The notes: a model not told the origin generated them from the sequence alone. A stretch of 64,000 nt of DNA from Ilumatobacter sp. (GCA_020439405.1 JAGQSS010000001.1:31189-95188); one strand, 5' to 3'; positions 49,400 through 58,853 are shown, counted from the first letter of the stretch. Program-made: numbers and translations.

Positions 49400-50191
49400 A
49401 TGAACACCACCACCGACCCCCACCCCGATCGTCCGTCCGACGTCGCGCGCGCCATCGCCGCGATCGACGACGACACGCCGATCGTGGCCGGTGCAGCCCC
49501 CTTGTCCGAGGCCGAGATCGACCGGCTCCGTGAGGAGCTCTACCGGTTGGTCAGCGACACCCGTCCGACCGTCGCCGTCGAGCCGATCATTCACATCCAG
49601 TCACGCACCCGCGTCGGCGGCGAGGCACTCGCACGCTTCCCCGGTTCGGCGTCGACGCACGAGTGGTTCCGGACCGCCGACGCGCTCGGCCTCAAGACCG
49701 AACTCGAGATGCGGATCATCGAAGAGGTCGTCCGGAACTCCCAGACGGGTCGCGGATTCATCAGCGTCAACGTCTCGCCCGACACCTTGCTCGACCCGCG
49801 CTGCCTCCCACTGCTGAAGAGCGCCGACGGTGCCGAGCTCGTCGTCGAGATGACCGATCACGAATCGGTCCCGAGCCTGTCGCTGCTGCGCCCGCACCTC
49901 GACGCCATCCGCGACGCCGGTGTGCGCGTCGCGGTGCACGTGTCGTCGTTCGGCACCGACATCACGCGTCTGCTCATGCTCACCAACCCCGACGTCGTCA
50001 AGCTCGACCCGCCGCTCAGCGCGTCGATCGTGGCCGGCGGGCAGCAGCACGCCTCGGCCCGCAACTTCTTCTCGTACTGCCGCCGCCACGGCGTCTTCAT
50101 CGTCGCGGTTGGAGTCGGTGACGGCGATCTGCCGGCGCTGCACGACGCCGGCGCCGACGCCGTCCAGGGCCGTCAGCTCAGCCTCGGCTGA
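49400..50191 (+). CDS. EAL-domain protein, degenerate
   Basis: EPI, GGEALARF, SVNVSP, VVKLD and QG are present, but DDFG reads SSFG and AEGVE reads AVGVG. Confidence 0.82.
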   Translation: MNTTTDPHPDRPSDVARAIAAIDDDTPIVAGAAPLSEAEIDRLREELYRLVSDTRPTVAVEPIIHIQSRTRVGGEALARFPGSASTHEWFRTADALGLKTELEMRIIEEVVRNSQTGRGFISVNVSPDTLLDPRCLPLLKSADGAELVVEMTDHESVPSLSLLRPHLDAIRDAGVRVAVHVSSFGTDITRLLMLTNPDVVKLDPPLSASIVAGGQQHASARNFFSYCRRHGVFIVAVGVGDGDLPALHDAGADAVQGRQLSLG

Positions 50192-50306
50192 CGGGCGTCG
50201 CACCGCTGCACCACCTCGCCTCATGCATCTGCATGAGGCCAGGTCAGGACTGGTGCAAGGTTCGATCAAGACCGGGTCGAATCGGGTTTGAATCGGTCAA
50301 GACAAG

Positions 50307-52025
50307 GTGATTTCGGCCGATGAAGGAAGTATCGCCACATCGACTTCGCCCATCGACGCGGCTGAGGGCCTGACCACGAAGAGGCTCGGCAGCACCGACG
50401 TCGCGACGCTCCGCAACGATGCCCTCGTCGTCTGCGGGGTCCTCATCGGCTACTACGTCGGTGCCGTTGCTGCGTACCAGATGCTCGAAGCGTCGACGCT
50501 CGGTGCCGTCTTCTTCCCGCCGGCCGGCATCACGCTCGCCGCACTCATCTCGAGCCCCACCCGACGGTGGGCGCCGATCCTGATCGCCGTGGCGGTCGCC
50601 GAGTGCTTCGTCAACGTCCAGCACGGCGTCGCCATCGGTCTCCCGCTCGCCGGCTTCGCCGCAGCGAACGTGCTCGGACCACTGGTCGGCGCGTTCGTCG
50701 TTACCCGCCGCACCCGACGAGTCGACCTCGCACGGGTCAGCGACCTCATGTGGTTCATCGGCGGCGGCGTGCTGCTCGGACCGCTCGTCAGCGGGCTCGT
50801 CGGCGGCGCGACCGTCTGGATGACCTCTCCCCGTGCGTTCGTCGACGCCACGGCCGCCTGGTGGTTGGGCGACGCACTGGGCGCCATGATCGTCGGCGCA
50901 CTCATCGTGTCGATGTTCGCGACCGACCTGCCACGCTTCTCCTTGCCCGAGACCGTCCTCACGGTGGCATTCACGGGCGGCGTCGCCTTCGTCATCCACT
51001 GGTGGACGACCCAACCCGCCGGCTTCATCGCGATCATCCCGCTCATGTTCCTGTCGGCCCGCAACGGCACCCGCGCCGCGGCGATCGGCTCGATGCTGAT
51101 CACCGCCGTGGTCGTCGCCTCGTGGGTGGGCGGACACGGTGACGTGTCGGGCTTCTCCGCCGATGGCGGTGTCCTGCTCACCAAGCTGCAGCTGCTCACC
51201 ATGGCTGCTGCGTCACTGCTCGTCGCCGCGGAGGCGGCGGAGCTCGAGGCGGCCTCTCGCCTGGCGGGCGTCCAGTACGAGACGGTGCAGTTGCTCCGCC
51301 GTGCGCTGGCCCCGGACACCGAGATGCACGGCCGGTTCGCCGACGCCGAGGGCGTCTCCCGGTCCGCCGACCAGCGGCTCGAGGTGGGCGGCGACTGGTA
51401 CGACATCATCGAGACCGACGACGACCGTGTCGGCATCGTGATCGGCGACGTCGTCGGCCACGGTGAGGAAGCGCTGATCCAGATGGGTCAGTTGCGATTC
51501 GCCGCCCAGGCGTTCGTGATGATGAGCCGCGACAGCGGACAGGTCCTCGAATGGCTCTCGTACTACGCAGACACCTGCACGGGCGGCACCTATGCCACCT
51601 GTCTGGTCGCGTACTACGACCCGGCGACCGGCGAACTGAACTACGCCTCGGCCGGCCACCCGCCGGGGCTGGTCGGTTCGGGCGACGGTACCTGGCGCTG
51701 GCTCAGCGGTGCCCGGTCGACCCCGATCGGTGTGCCGTCGAACAAGCAGCGTGTGTCGGAGACCATCGAGGTCGACGGCGACGCATCGCTCGTCGTCTAC
51801 ACCGACGGTGTGGTCGAGCGGGCCGGCGAGATCATCGACACCGGTCTGGCCCGGATGTTCGACGCCGTCTCGGGCCCCGAGCACAACTCGGTCACCCAGC
51901 TCGTCGACCGCCTCGTGACCGCCGGATCGGACGATGCGTCGTTCGTGCGGGTCGAGCTGCGCCGCGGGCAGCCGGTGGTGGCGGTGCCGAGTGACGGCGC
52001 CACGCCGTTCCCGCCGCCCGCCTGA
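50307..52025 (+). CDS. MASE1 sensor fused to SpoIIE/RsbU-type PP2C phosphatase
   Basis: FFPPAGI and WWLGDALG (MASE1); VGGDWYD, IGDVVGHG, AGHPP, YTDG and DDA (PP2C). Confidence 0.9.
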   Translation: MISADEGSIATSTSPIDAAEGLTTKRLGSTDVATLRNDALVVCGVLIGYYVGAVAAYQMLEASTLGAVFFPPAGITLAALISSPTRRWAPILIAVAVAECFVNVQHGVAIGLPLAGFAAANVLGPLVGAFVVTRRTRRVDLARVSDLMWFIGGGVLLGPLVSGLVGGATVWMTSPRAFVDATAAWWLGDALGAMIVGALIVSMFATDLPRFSLPETVLTVAFTGGVAFVIHWWTTQPAGFIAIIPLMFLSARNGTRAAAIGSMLITAVVVASWVGGHGDVSGFSADGGVLLTKLQLLTMAAASLLVAAEAAELEAASRLAGVQYETVQLLRRALAPDTEMHGRFADAEGVSRSADQRLEVGGDWYDIIETDDDRVGIVIGDVVGHGEEALIQMGQLRFAAQAFVMMSRDSGQVLEWLSYYADTCTGGTYATCLVAYYDPATGELNYASAGHPPGLVGSGDGTWRWLSGARSTPIGVPSNKQRVSETIEVDGDASLVVYTDGVVERAGEIIDTGLARMFDAVSGPEHNSVTQLVDRLVTAGSDDASFVRVELRRGQPVVAVPSDGATPFPPPA

Positions 52026-52161
52026 CCCCGAACACGTGACCGCCGTCTGTCCCGAGATCGGTGTCGCGCGCCCTGCAATCGGCCGCTCCTTGATGACCTC
52101 TTGACGACAAAACCCCTGGTCAGAGGTTTGATTTCGGTGATTTCGGGGAACCGCCGGATGC

Positions 52162-53670
52162 GTGACCACATCCCGCCGAACCACCGCTCGACGCGTCGAA
52201 CTGACGCTGTCGGCGGTCGCCGTCGCGGTGGTCGCGGCGCTGGCGTTCGGCGCGATACCGGGCGACGGCAGCGACGGCGCCCTCGACACCACAGTGGTCG
52301 AGACCGTGCCTCCCGCCAGTTCCCCTCCCGCCACGACCGCTGTGACCGTCCCGCCGACCACCGTGCCACCGACCACCGTGCCACCGACCACGGTGCCGTC
52401 GGTCGTGGCCCAACCCGTGGCGTCGCCGCGACGGCTCGAGGCGTGGGCGGCCGCCGTCCCCGGTGGCGCTCATCCGATCGGCGGCGCCCCGGTGCTGGCG
52501 ACGCCCGATCGGGTCGTCACCGTCGACACGTCGACGACCGCCCAACGCTGGCACGGTGTCGGCGCCGCGCTGACCGACGCGTCGGCCAGGCTCCTCGCCG
52601 ACCGGGACGACGCCATCGCCACCCTGTTCGGTGACCCGACCGACGGGGGAGCGGGGCTCGATCTCGTCCGACTGCCGCTGTCGTCGACCGACTTCTCGAC
52701 CGACGACTGGACGTGGGCGACGACCGACGACGGTGTCGAACCGTCGCCGCAGGCGGTCGCCGCGCTCGATGTCCTCGATCAGATCCGCGACGCCGATGCC
52801 GGCGTCGGGGTCTACGCCGCAGCGTGGACCTCGCCGTCGGGCCTGCGGACCGATCCGGAACGACGCGGTGGGCACCTGCTCGACGAGGGTCTCGCCGACT
52901 ACGGCGAACTGCTGCTCGGACAGGTCGAGACGTTGCTCGACCGAGGCGTCGACCTGCGAGCCATCAGCCTCGGGAACGAGCCGGGGCACGTCGGTGACTA
53001 CCCGACCCTCGGGATGACCGACGAGCAGATGATCACCCTCGCCGACCGGGTTGCCGAACAGCTCGACGAGTTCGATGTCGATCTGCTCGCCCTCGACCAC
53101 AACTGGTCGGACGCCGAGCGCGCTGCCCGGCTCGTCGCGAGTGCGCCGTTCGACGGTGTCGCGTTCCACTGCTACGACGGTGTGCCGGCCGACATGGCGC
53201 TCGTGGACGACCCGATCGTCACGGAGTGCACGGCGACCACGGGGGAGTGGGCGACGTCGGTCGGCTGGATGGCGCGCGAACTCGTCGCCGAGTCGGTCCG
53301 TGCCGGCGCACGGGGCGTGCTCACCTGGAACCTGGCCCTCGACCCGCAGCACGGACCGAAGGCGGCAGGCGGATGCGACGATTGCCGCGGGTTGATCACG
53401 GTCGATCCGACGACAGGTTCGATCGAACCGACACCGGAGTTCTCGGTGATGCGGCAACTCGCCCGTGCGGGCGACCCCGGTGCGGCCGTGGTCCCGACGG
53501 AGCGGATCGACTCGATGCCGATCGTGGCCTTCTCGAACCCCGACGGCACCGTCGGGGTGTTCGGCCACAACGACTCGTCCGAGTCGGTGACGGTCGAGCT
53601 GGTCGTCGACGACGTGGCGCCGCTGCGGTTCGTGCTCGATCCGTGGGCGGTCTTCTCGGTACGCGGCTGA
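52162..53670 (+). CDS. Secreted glycoside hydrolase family 30
   Basis: Signal/TM segment, PT linker, GVGAALTDAS, GNEP (acid/base), DHNW, FHCY, TEC (nucleophile) and WNLALD. Confidence 0.88.
   Translation: MTTSRRTTARRVELTLSAVAVAVVAALAFGAIPGDGSDGALDTTVVETVPPASSPPATTAVTVPPTTVPPTTVPPTTVPSVVAQPVASPRRLEAWAAAVPGGAHPIGGAPVLATPDRVVTVDTSTTAQRWHGVGAALTDASARLLADRDDAIATLFGDPTDGGAGLDLVRLPLSSTDFSTDDWTWATTDDGVEPSPQAVAALDVLDQIRDADAGVGVYAAAWTSPSGLRTDPERRGGHLLDEGLADYGELLLGQVETLLDRGVDLRAISLGNEPGHVGDYPTLGMTDEQMITLADRVAEQLDEFDVDLLALDHNWSDAERAARLVASAPFDGVAFHCYDGVPADMALVDDPIVTECTATTGEWATSVGWMARELVAESVRAGARGVLTWNLALDPQHGPKAAGGCDDCRGLITVDPTTGSIEPTPEFSVMRQLARAGDPGAAVVPTERIDSMPIVAFSNPDGTVGVFGHNDSSESVTVELVVDDVAPLRFVLDPWAVFSVRG
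52345..52398 (+). repeat. 15-bp tandem repeat encoding a (TVPPT)n linker
   Basis: ACCGTSCCRCCGACC three times plus a partial unit. Confidence 0.8.
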
Positions 53671-53710
53671 CGGCGGGAGCCGTCGCTGCGGATGACCGGC
53701 GGGGGGCGCG

Positions 53711-54028
53711 TCAGCTGTGGCGGATGTCGAAGAAGTCGTCGAGCGAGCTGAGCTCGAAGACGCGCTCGACCGGCGAGGACGGGTCGGCGATGACCATCGA
53801 CGCGTTCCGGGCGGCGAACGCCTGGTGCTGCTGGACGAGCACGCGCAGGCCGCTCGAGTCGACGAAGTCGGTCTCCGAGAGGTCGAGAATGACGTCGCCC
53901 TCGACCGCGTCGAGGGCCTGGCCCAGGCGGGGTGCGGTGTGGGCGTCGATCTCACCACGGACGAGGAGGCGGTTGCCGTTCACCTCGACCGAGAGGTCGT
54001 CCACACTCGGGTCTGGTTGGTGGTCCAT
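53711..54028 (-). CDS. STAS-domain anti-sigma factor antagonist (RsbV-like)
   Basis: GEID..TAP and LDLSETDFVDSSGL (phosphorylatable Ser). Confidence 0.92.
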   Translation of the reverse strand: MDHQPDPSVDDLSVEVNGNRLLVRGEIDAHTAPRLGQALDAVEGDVILDLSETDFVDSSGLRVLVQQHQAFAARNASMVIADPSSPVERVFELSSLDDFFDIRHS

Positions 54029-54227
54029 CGGGATCCATCCTGGCAGCGATTGACCCGAAATCCCGGCAATTTACGCAATAAGTGCATTATCGAACGCACA
54101 CCGTGACGTTCTGTCCGATTGTGTCACGATCCGTCACGCACGCTGTCGAGCGCCACCGATCCTCTGGTTTTCGTTCAGATCGCCCGGAACGAGTTTCGAA
54201 TTCGGTGCGTCGGGAGACGCTCCACGC

Positions 54228-54698
54228 ATGCCGTCACCAGCAGCGATCTGTAGCGCCGTGAAGTCATCGTCGGTCACCCTGCCGATCGGTGACGTCTGGC
54301 GATGGAGCGGCCGGATCGACGGCGACGAGTACGCGCCGCGAACCGCTCGAGCGGCCGTCCACGAAGCCTGTGGCCGCAAGTTCGATGCCGGCACCGTGGT
54401 CGACATCCAACTGGTCGTGTCCGAACTCGTCACGAATTGCGTCGAGCACGGCCATGCCGACTCGGTGCAACTCTGCCTGGCCGGTGTGGGCGACAAGATC
54501 ACCGTCACGGTTGCCTCCGCTGCGCCGCTCGATGGCGTGCCGCACCCCGACGACTGGTGTCTCCCGACCGCCACCGCCTGCTCCGGACGTGGTCTCGCGA
54601 TGGTGGGCCGGATCGGCTGCGCCGGGTTGCGCGTGACCGATTCGGGCGACGATGCCTGGTCGGCCATCACGGTGTCGATCGAGCCCCGCACCGCCTGA
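54228..54698 (+). CDS. RsbW-like anti-sigma factor / Ser kinase, second copy
   Basis: QLVVSELVTNCVEHG and SGRGLAMV. Confidence 0.82.
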   Translation: MPSPAAICSAVKSSSVTLPIGDVWRWSGRIDGDEYAPRTARAAVHEACGRKFDAGTVVDIQLVVSELVTNCVEHGHADSVQLCLAGVGDKITVTVASAAPLDGVPHPDDWCLPTATACSGRGLAMVGRIGCAGLRVTDSGDDAWSAITVSIEPRTA

Positions 54699-54731
54699 CC
54701 GGACCGGACCACCGGGTACCGTACGTGCGGA

Positions 54732-54817
54732 GCCCGGGTGGTGGAACTGGCAGACACGGGGGGCTTAAACCCCCCTTCCGCTCCGGTGGAGTGCGGGTTC
54801 GAGTCCCGCCCCGGGCA
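54732..54817 (+). tRNA. tRNA-Leu (anticodon TAA, reads UUA; equivalent to Streptomyces bldA)
   Basis: Acceptor stem GCCCGGG/CCCGGGC-A, D-loop GGAACTGGCAGAC, anticodon arm GGGGG-CTTAAAC-CCCCC, long variable arm, T-arm GCGGG-TTCGAGT-CCCGC. CCA is not encoded. Confidence 0.95.
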
Positions 54818-54828
54818 CTCCTGCTCAC

Positions 54829-56172
54829 TCAGTCGCAGATCGTGTGGGCGATGTGGGTCCAGAACTCGACGCCCAAGCCGAGTGACGCGACGTCGATGCG
54901 TTCGTCGTGGCCGTGGAACCGGTTGGCGAAGGTCTCCATGTCGACCGCCGGCGAGTAGATGCCGGCGCCGTACGCGACGGCGCCCTTGGCGCGGTAGAAG
55001 GGCGAGTCGGTGCCGCCGGTGACGAGGCCCGGCATGAGCTTTGCCCCCGGATACGCGACCTGGGTCGCCGAACTGATCGCGTCCCACAGTGGGGTGTCCG
55101 TCGGTGACGCGGTCGACTCTCGGTGGATGTCACCCTGCACGGCCGAGATCTCGACGTCGGAACGCAGTTCGCCGAGCAGATCGACGAGCATGGTGTCGAC
55201 GTCGTCACCGGTGATCCCGGGCAGGGTTCGGATGTCGACGTCGATGTCGACGACGTCGGGGATGATGTTGGTCTTCTGCCCGCCGTGCACCACGTTGGGG
55301 GAGAACGTCGTGTGGCACGACGCGTGGCAACTCTTCGCGAGCTTCGGCGGGAGTCGGTCGAGCGTCGCCCAGGTCCGTTCGGGATCGAGGAGCGCGGCGC
55401 TGATCTCGGGATCGAGTTCGGCGCGTTCGACCCAGCTGCGGAACGCGTCGCTGATCACCGTCGCCCCGCGATACGTCGCCAGTCGGCGGATCACCTCGGC
55501 CGCCTTGATCGCGGCGTTGTCGCTGCCGTAGGGCATCGATCCGTGGGCCGGGGTGCCCCGGACGCGCAGTCGGCGCCAGGCGATGCCCTTCTCGGCGACG
55601 TTGATCGCGAGCGATGGTGCCTCGGTCGCACGGATGGGGATGCCGCCCGCCTCGGTCAGCACGTAGTCGGCGCCGACGGCGTCCCAGTGGTGTTCGGTCA
55701 TCCACTCGGCGCCGTGCGCGCCGCCGGCCTCTTCGTCGGCGACGCCGAAGTAGATGAGCGTCCCGCGGGGCTTCCAACCGCTCTCGGCGAGACCGCGGAA
55801 CGCCACCGCCATCGTCGCCGTCATGTTCAACATGTCGATCGCGCCGCGGCCCCACACCTCGCCGTCGACGAGTTCGCCGCCGAACGGGTCGCGTGACCAC
55901 CCGTCGGGGTTGACCGGCACGACGTCGGTGTGCCCCATCAGGCACAAGGTCGGCGCGGTGGGGTCGGACCCCTCGATGCGTGCGACCACACTCGTGCGGC
56001 CCTCGATCGGGCTGAACCGTTCGTGTTCGCCGGTCGCCCCCTCGAGGAATCCGGTGAGGAGTTCGGCGTTGCGGATCTCGCCGCCCGAGTCGGGCGTGCC
56101 GTCGTTGACGCACTCGTTGCGGATGAGCGCCTGGAGCAGCTCGATGGCGATGTCCTGCGACGCGTTGGCCAT
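54829..56172 (-). CDS. M20/M25/M40 family metallo-hydrolase
   Basis: GHTDVVP, WGRGAIDM, DEEAGG, AEKG, HGS, GGTD and HGHDE. Confidence 0.93.
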   Translation of the reverse strand: MANASQDIAIELLQALIRNECVNDGTPDSGGEIRNAELLTGFLEGATGEHERFSPIEGRTSVVARIEGSDPTAPTLCLMGHTDVVPVNPDGWSRDPFGGELVDGEVWGRGAIDMLNMTATMAVAFRGLAESGWKPRGTLIYFGVADEEAGGAHGAEWMTEHHWDAVGADYVLTEAGGIPIRATEAPSLAINVAEKGIAWRRLRVRGTPAHGSMPYGSDNAAIKAAEVIRRLATYRGATVISDAFRSWVERAELDPEISAALLDPERTWATLDRLPPKLAKSCHASCHTTFSPNVVHGGQKTNIIPDVVDIDVDIRTLPGITGDDVDTMLVDLLGELRSDVEISAVQGDIHRESTASPTDTPLWDAISSATQVAYPGAKLMPGLVTGGTDSPFYRAKGAVAYGAGIYSPAVDMETFANRFHGHDERIDVASLGLGVEFWTHIAHTICD

Positions 56173-56285
56173 CCAACGACGGTAGTCCGAGTGGTGATCG
56201 GGTCGGACCGGCCGGCCGCCGCCGGCGGGGGAGTCGGTCGCGAACCTCCTGCGTAGCGACCGACTTCGCGCCGATTCGTCGAGAG

Positions 56286-56355
56286 CTCCTGACCGACCGA
56301 CCAACTACTCGGTAGGTTCTCTCACGAACCGACCAACTACTCGGTCGGTCAGGAG
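56286..56355. promoter_or_regulatory. Double palindromic operator-like element
   Basis: 18-bp direct repeat ACCGACCAACTACTCGGT at 56296 and 56328, each ACCGA-N8-TCGGT, enclosed by the 15-bp inverted repeat CTCCTGACCGACCGA / TCGGTCGGTCAGGAG. Confidence 0.6.
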
Positions 56356-56372
56356 AGGTCCGAGGGGAAACC

Positions 56373-56630
56373 GTGCCGACCATCGTCGTCGTCCACATGG
56401 ACCGGCCGGCCGTGGTCGCCCCCTTCATCGAGTCGGCGGTCGGTCTGGTCGCCGAACTCGGCGTGTCGCCCGACGTCGTCGCCGACGCACTCGTCGGGCG
56501 CACCGGCGCCGGTGGCCGCATGCCGTTCACCTTGTTCGCGTCGATGGCCGACGTGGTCGCGTCGCCGTGCGATCGGCCCGAGGGCGACCCGTTGTTCCCG
56601 CTCGGCGCCGGCATCGGCAAGGTCGACTGA
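56373..56630 (+). CDS. Small hypothetical protein
   Basis: 85-aa ORF with a GAGGGG RBS-like motif and GC3-rich codons. Confidence 0.5.
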   Translation: MPTIVVVHMDRPAVVAPFIESAVGLVAELGVSPDVVADALVGRTGAGGRMPFTLFASMADVVASPCDRPEGDPLFPLGAGIGKVD

Positions 56631-56648
56631 GGCCGTGACCCGACGCGG

Positions 56649-57287
56649 TCAGACGGTGCGGCAGCGGAGGATGCAACCGCCGGCGAACGGATCGCGCCGC
56701 TCGAGGTCGGCGACCTCGAGCCCGCCGATCTTCGACGCCAGCCCTTCTGCCATGCCGCGGTGCAGCGCACACACGATGTCGGACTCGCTGGCCGCGGCGG
56801 CATAGGGGCACGGTCCGAGACGGATCTCGACGTCGCCGGTCGCGGTGCGCGTGGCGTCGGGTTCGAAGCCGTGCTCGTCGAGAAAGCCGATCAGGGCGTC
56901 GAGCGCATCGCTGTCGGCCGGTCGAACCGCAGCGGCGCCGACCCGGCGACCGACCTCGACGGGTGTGTCGCCCGTACCGGCCACCTCGAGCAGGAGCATC
57001 GAGAGCCGCTCGTACGGGCCGACGACGTCCCACCGGTTCCCGACGCGGGGGTCGATCCGGTACACGAGCTTCGGACGTCCGACGGTCCCGGTCTTCGCGG
57101 TCGACTCGACGACGAGTTCGGCGTCGACGAGCTTGGCCAGGTGTTGTCGGATGGCGTTGTGGTGGATGCCGACCTCGTCGGTGATCGCGGCGACGCTCGC
57201 CGGTTCGTCACGGTCGGCCAGGAATCGAAAAATGCGGTAGCGCGTGGGGTCGCCGAGGGCACGCGCTTGCGCCTGCAGTGTGGTCAT
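56649..57287 (-). CDS. ArsR-like HTH transcriptional regulator with Cys-containing C-terminal domain
   Basis: ALGDPTR..I, HHNAIRQHLAKL, GRPKLVY and CPY...C.LH.G...C. Confidence 0.87.
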   Translation of the reverse strand: MTTLQAQARALGDPTRYRIFRFLADRDEPASVAAITDEVGIHHNAIRQHLAKLVDAELVVESTAKTGTVGRPKLVYRIDPRVGNRWDVVGPYERLSMLLLEVAGTGDTPVEVGRRVGAAAVRPADSDALDALIGFLDEHGFEPDATRTATGDVEIRLGPCPYAAAASESDIVCALHRGMAEGLASKIGGLEVADLERRDPFAGGCILRCRTV

Positions 57288-57413
57288 GTTGTTGCGGTGT
57301 GGGTGGATCGCTGGGTCGAGACCGTGGGGAAACGGTTCGAGCCACCCTAGACCACGCCTGTTATCGGGACCATCACCGAGGTCGGTCGGGTCGCCCGGCG
57401 GTGGTCAGGCGGT

Positions 57414-58853
57414 GTGCAGGACGCGTTGGGGGAACGCGATGACGATGCCGTTGGCAACGCGAGCGGAGGTCTTCACGCCGTCGTTCGGCGGCGCGATGAT
57501 GCAGCGGTGCCCACCGTCGCCGCACCCAACGCCACCACCGAACTCCTGCAGCAGCTGATCCGGCTGCAGTGCGTCAACACCGGCGCCCCCGACTCGGGCG
57601 ACGAGACGCGCGCCGCCGATCTACTGCGGCCCGTCGTCGACCTGCCCGGCGTCGAGGTGCAGTCGCTCGGTCCGCTCCCGAACCGCCAGTCGCTCATCGC
57701 GCGCCTGCCCGGTACCGACCCTGCGGCGCCCACCTTGCTCCTGCTGGGTCACACCGACGTCGTGCCCGCACCGCCCGACGACTGGCGACACGACCCGTTC
57801 GGCGGCGAGCTGATCGACGGATGGGTGTGGGGTCGCGGGGCGATCGACATGTTGTGCGTCACCGCGTCGATGGCGGTCGCCTTCGCGGAGCTCGCCCGGC
57901 GTCGGGTCGCGCTCCCCGGCACCGTGGTGTTCGCCGCTGTCGCCGACGAGGAGGCGGGCGGCGACGCCGGTGCCGGATGGCTGCTCGATCACCATCGCGA
58001 CGTCGTGATGGCCGACTACGTGCTGACCGAGTGCGGCGGTACCCCGATGCACACGGCGTCCGGGATGAAACTCCCGGTCCTCGTCGCCGAGAAGGGTGCA
58101 GCGTGGACGAGGTTGGTCGTCCACGGACGCGCCGCGCACGGGTCGACCCCGCTCATGGGCGACAACGCACTCGTGACGGCGAGCGAGATCGTCCGTCGTA
58201 TCGCGGCCTACCGGCCACTCGCCGAGATCCACGACACGTGGCGCGGCTACGTCGCGGCGATGGACTTCGACGACGAGCTCGAGCGGGTGTTGCTCGACCC
58301 GGTCGGCCTTCGCGAGTGGGCCGAGCAACACCCCGATCGCGGGTTCGCCGCCGACTGCCACGCCTGCACCCACATGACGCTGTCGCCCAACGTGCTGCGC
58401 GCCGACGGCAAGACGAACACGATCCCCGGGTCGGTCGAACTCGAGGTCGACATCCGGACCTTGCCCGGCCAGACCGACGACGACGTCCGTCGCGTCCTCG
58501 AGGACCTGATCGGCGATGACCTGATCGGTCGCGTCGACATCCACTTCATGCACGAGGAGTGGCTGGCCACGGCGTCGCCGATCGACTCGCCGCTGTGGCG
58601 CGCCGTCGAACGTGCCTCGGCGTCGGTCTACCCCGACGCCCGCTGCGTGCCGGCGATCACGCCGGGTGGCACCGACGCCCGGTTCTACCGCCGTGACGGG
58701 GCGACCTCGTACGGCTACGGCCTCTTCTCGCGTGAACTGTCGTACGACGACTACGTGTCGATGTTCCACGCGGCGAACGAGCGGTGCGACGTGCACTCGC
58801 TGGCGCTGATGGAGCAGCTCTGGAGCGACATCGCCGTCGACCTGCTCCGCTGA
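57414..58853 (+). CDS. M20/M25/M40 family metallo-hydrolase (paralogue of 54829-56172)
   Basis: ELLQQLIRLQCVN, GHTDVVP, WGRGAIDM, DEEAGG and GGTD. Start may be GTG 57507. Confidence 0.92.
   Translation: MQDALGERDDDAVGNASGGLHAVVRRRDDAAVPTVAAPNATTELLQQLIRLQCVNTGAPDSGDETRAADLLRPVVDLPGVEVQSLGPLPNRQSLIARLPGTDPAAPTLLLLGHTDVVPAPPDDWRHDPFGGELIDGWVWGRGAIDMLCVTASMAVAFAELARRRVALPGTVVFAAVADEEAGGDAGAGWLLDHHRDVVMADYVLTECGGTPMHTASGMKLPVLVAEKGAAWTRLVVHGRAAHGSTPLMGDNALVTASEIVRRIAAYRPLAEIHDTWRGYVAAMDFDDELERVLLDPVGLREWAEQHPDRGFAADCHACTHMTLSPNVLRADGKTNTIPGSVELEVDIRTLPGQTDDDVRRVLEDLIGDDLIGRVDIHFMHEEWLATASPIDSPLWRAVERASASVYPDARCVPAITPGGTDARFYRRDGATSYGYGLFSRELSYDDYVSMFHAANERCDVHSLALMEQLWSDIAVDLLR

Noticed and set aside
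52090-52135. Imperfect palindrome AAACCCCTGGTCAGAGGTTT with TTGACG upstream of the GH30 gene
   Set aside because: Single weak dyad with no convincing -10 spacing; function cannot be supported.
48700-54817. Genomic island integrated at tRNA-Leu
   Set aside because: No integrase, and I saw no duplicated tRNA end (att site).
56286-56355. Mini CRISPR array
   Set aside because: Only two 18-bp repeats with a 14-bp gap, too short for a repeat-spacer structure.
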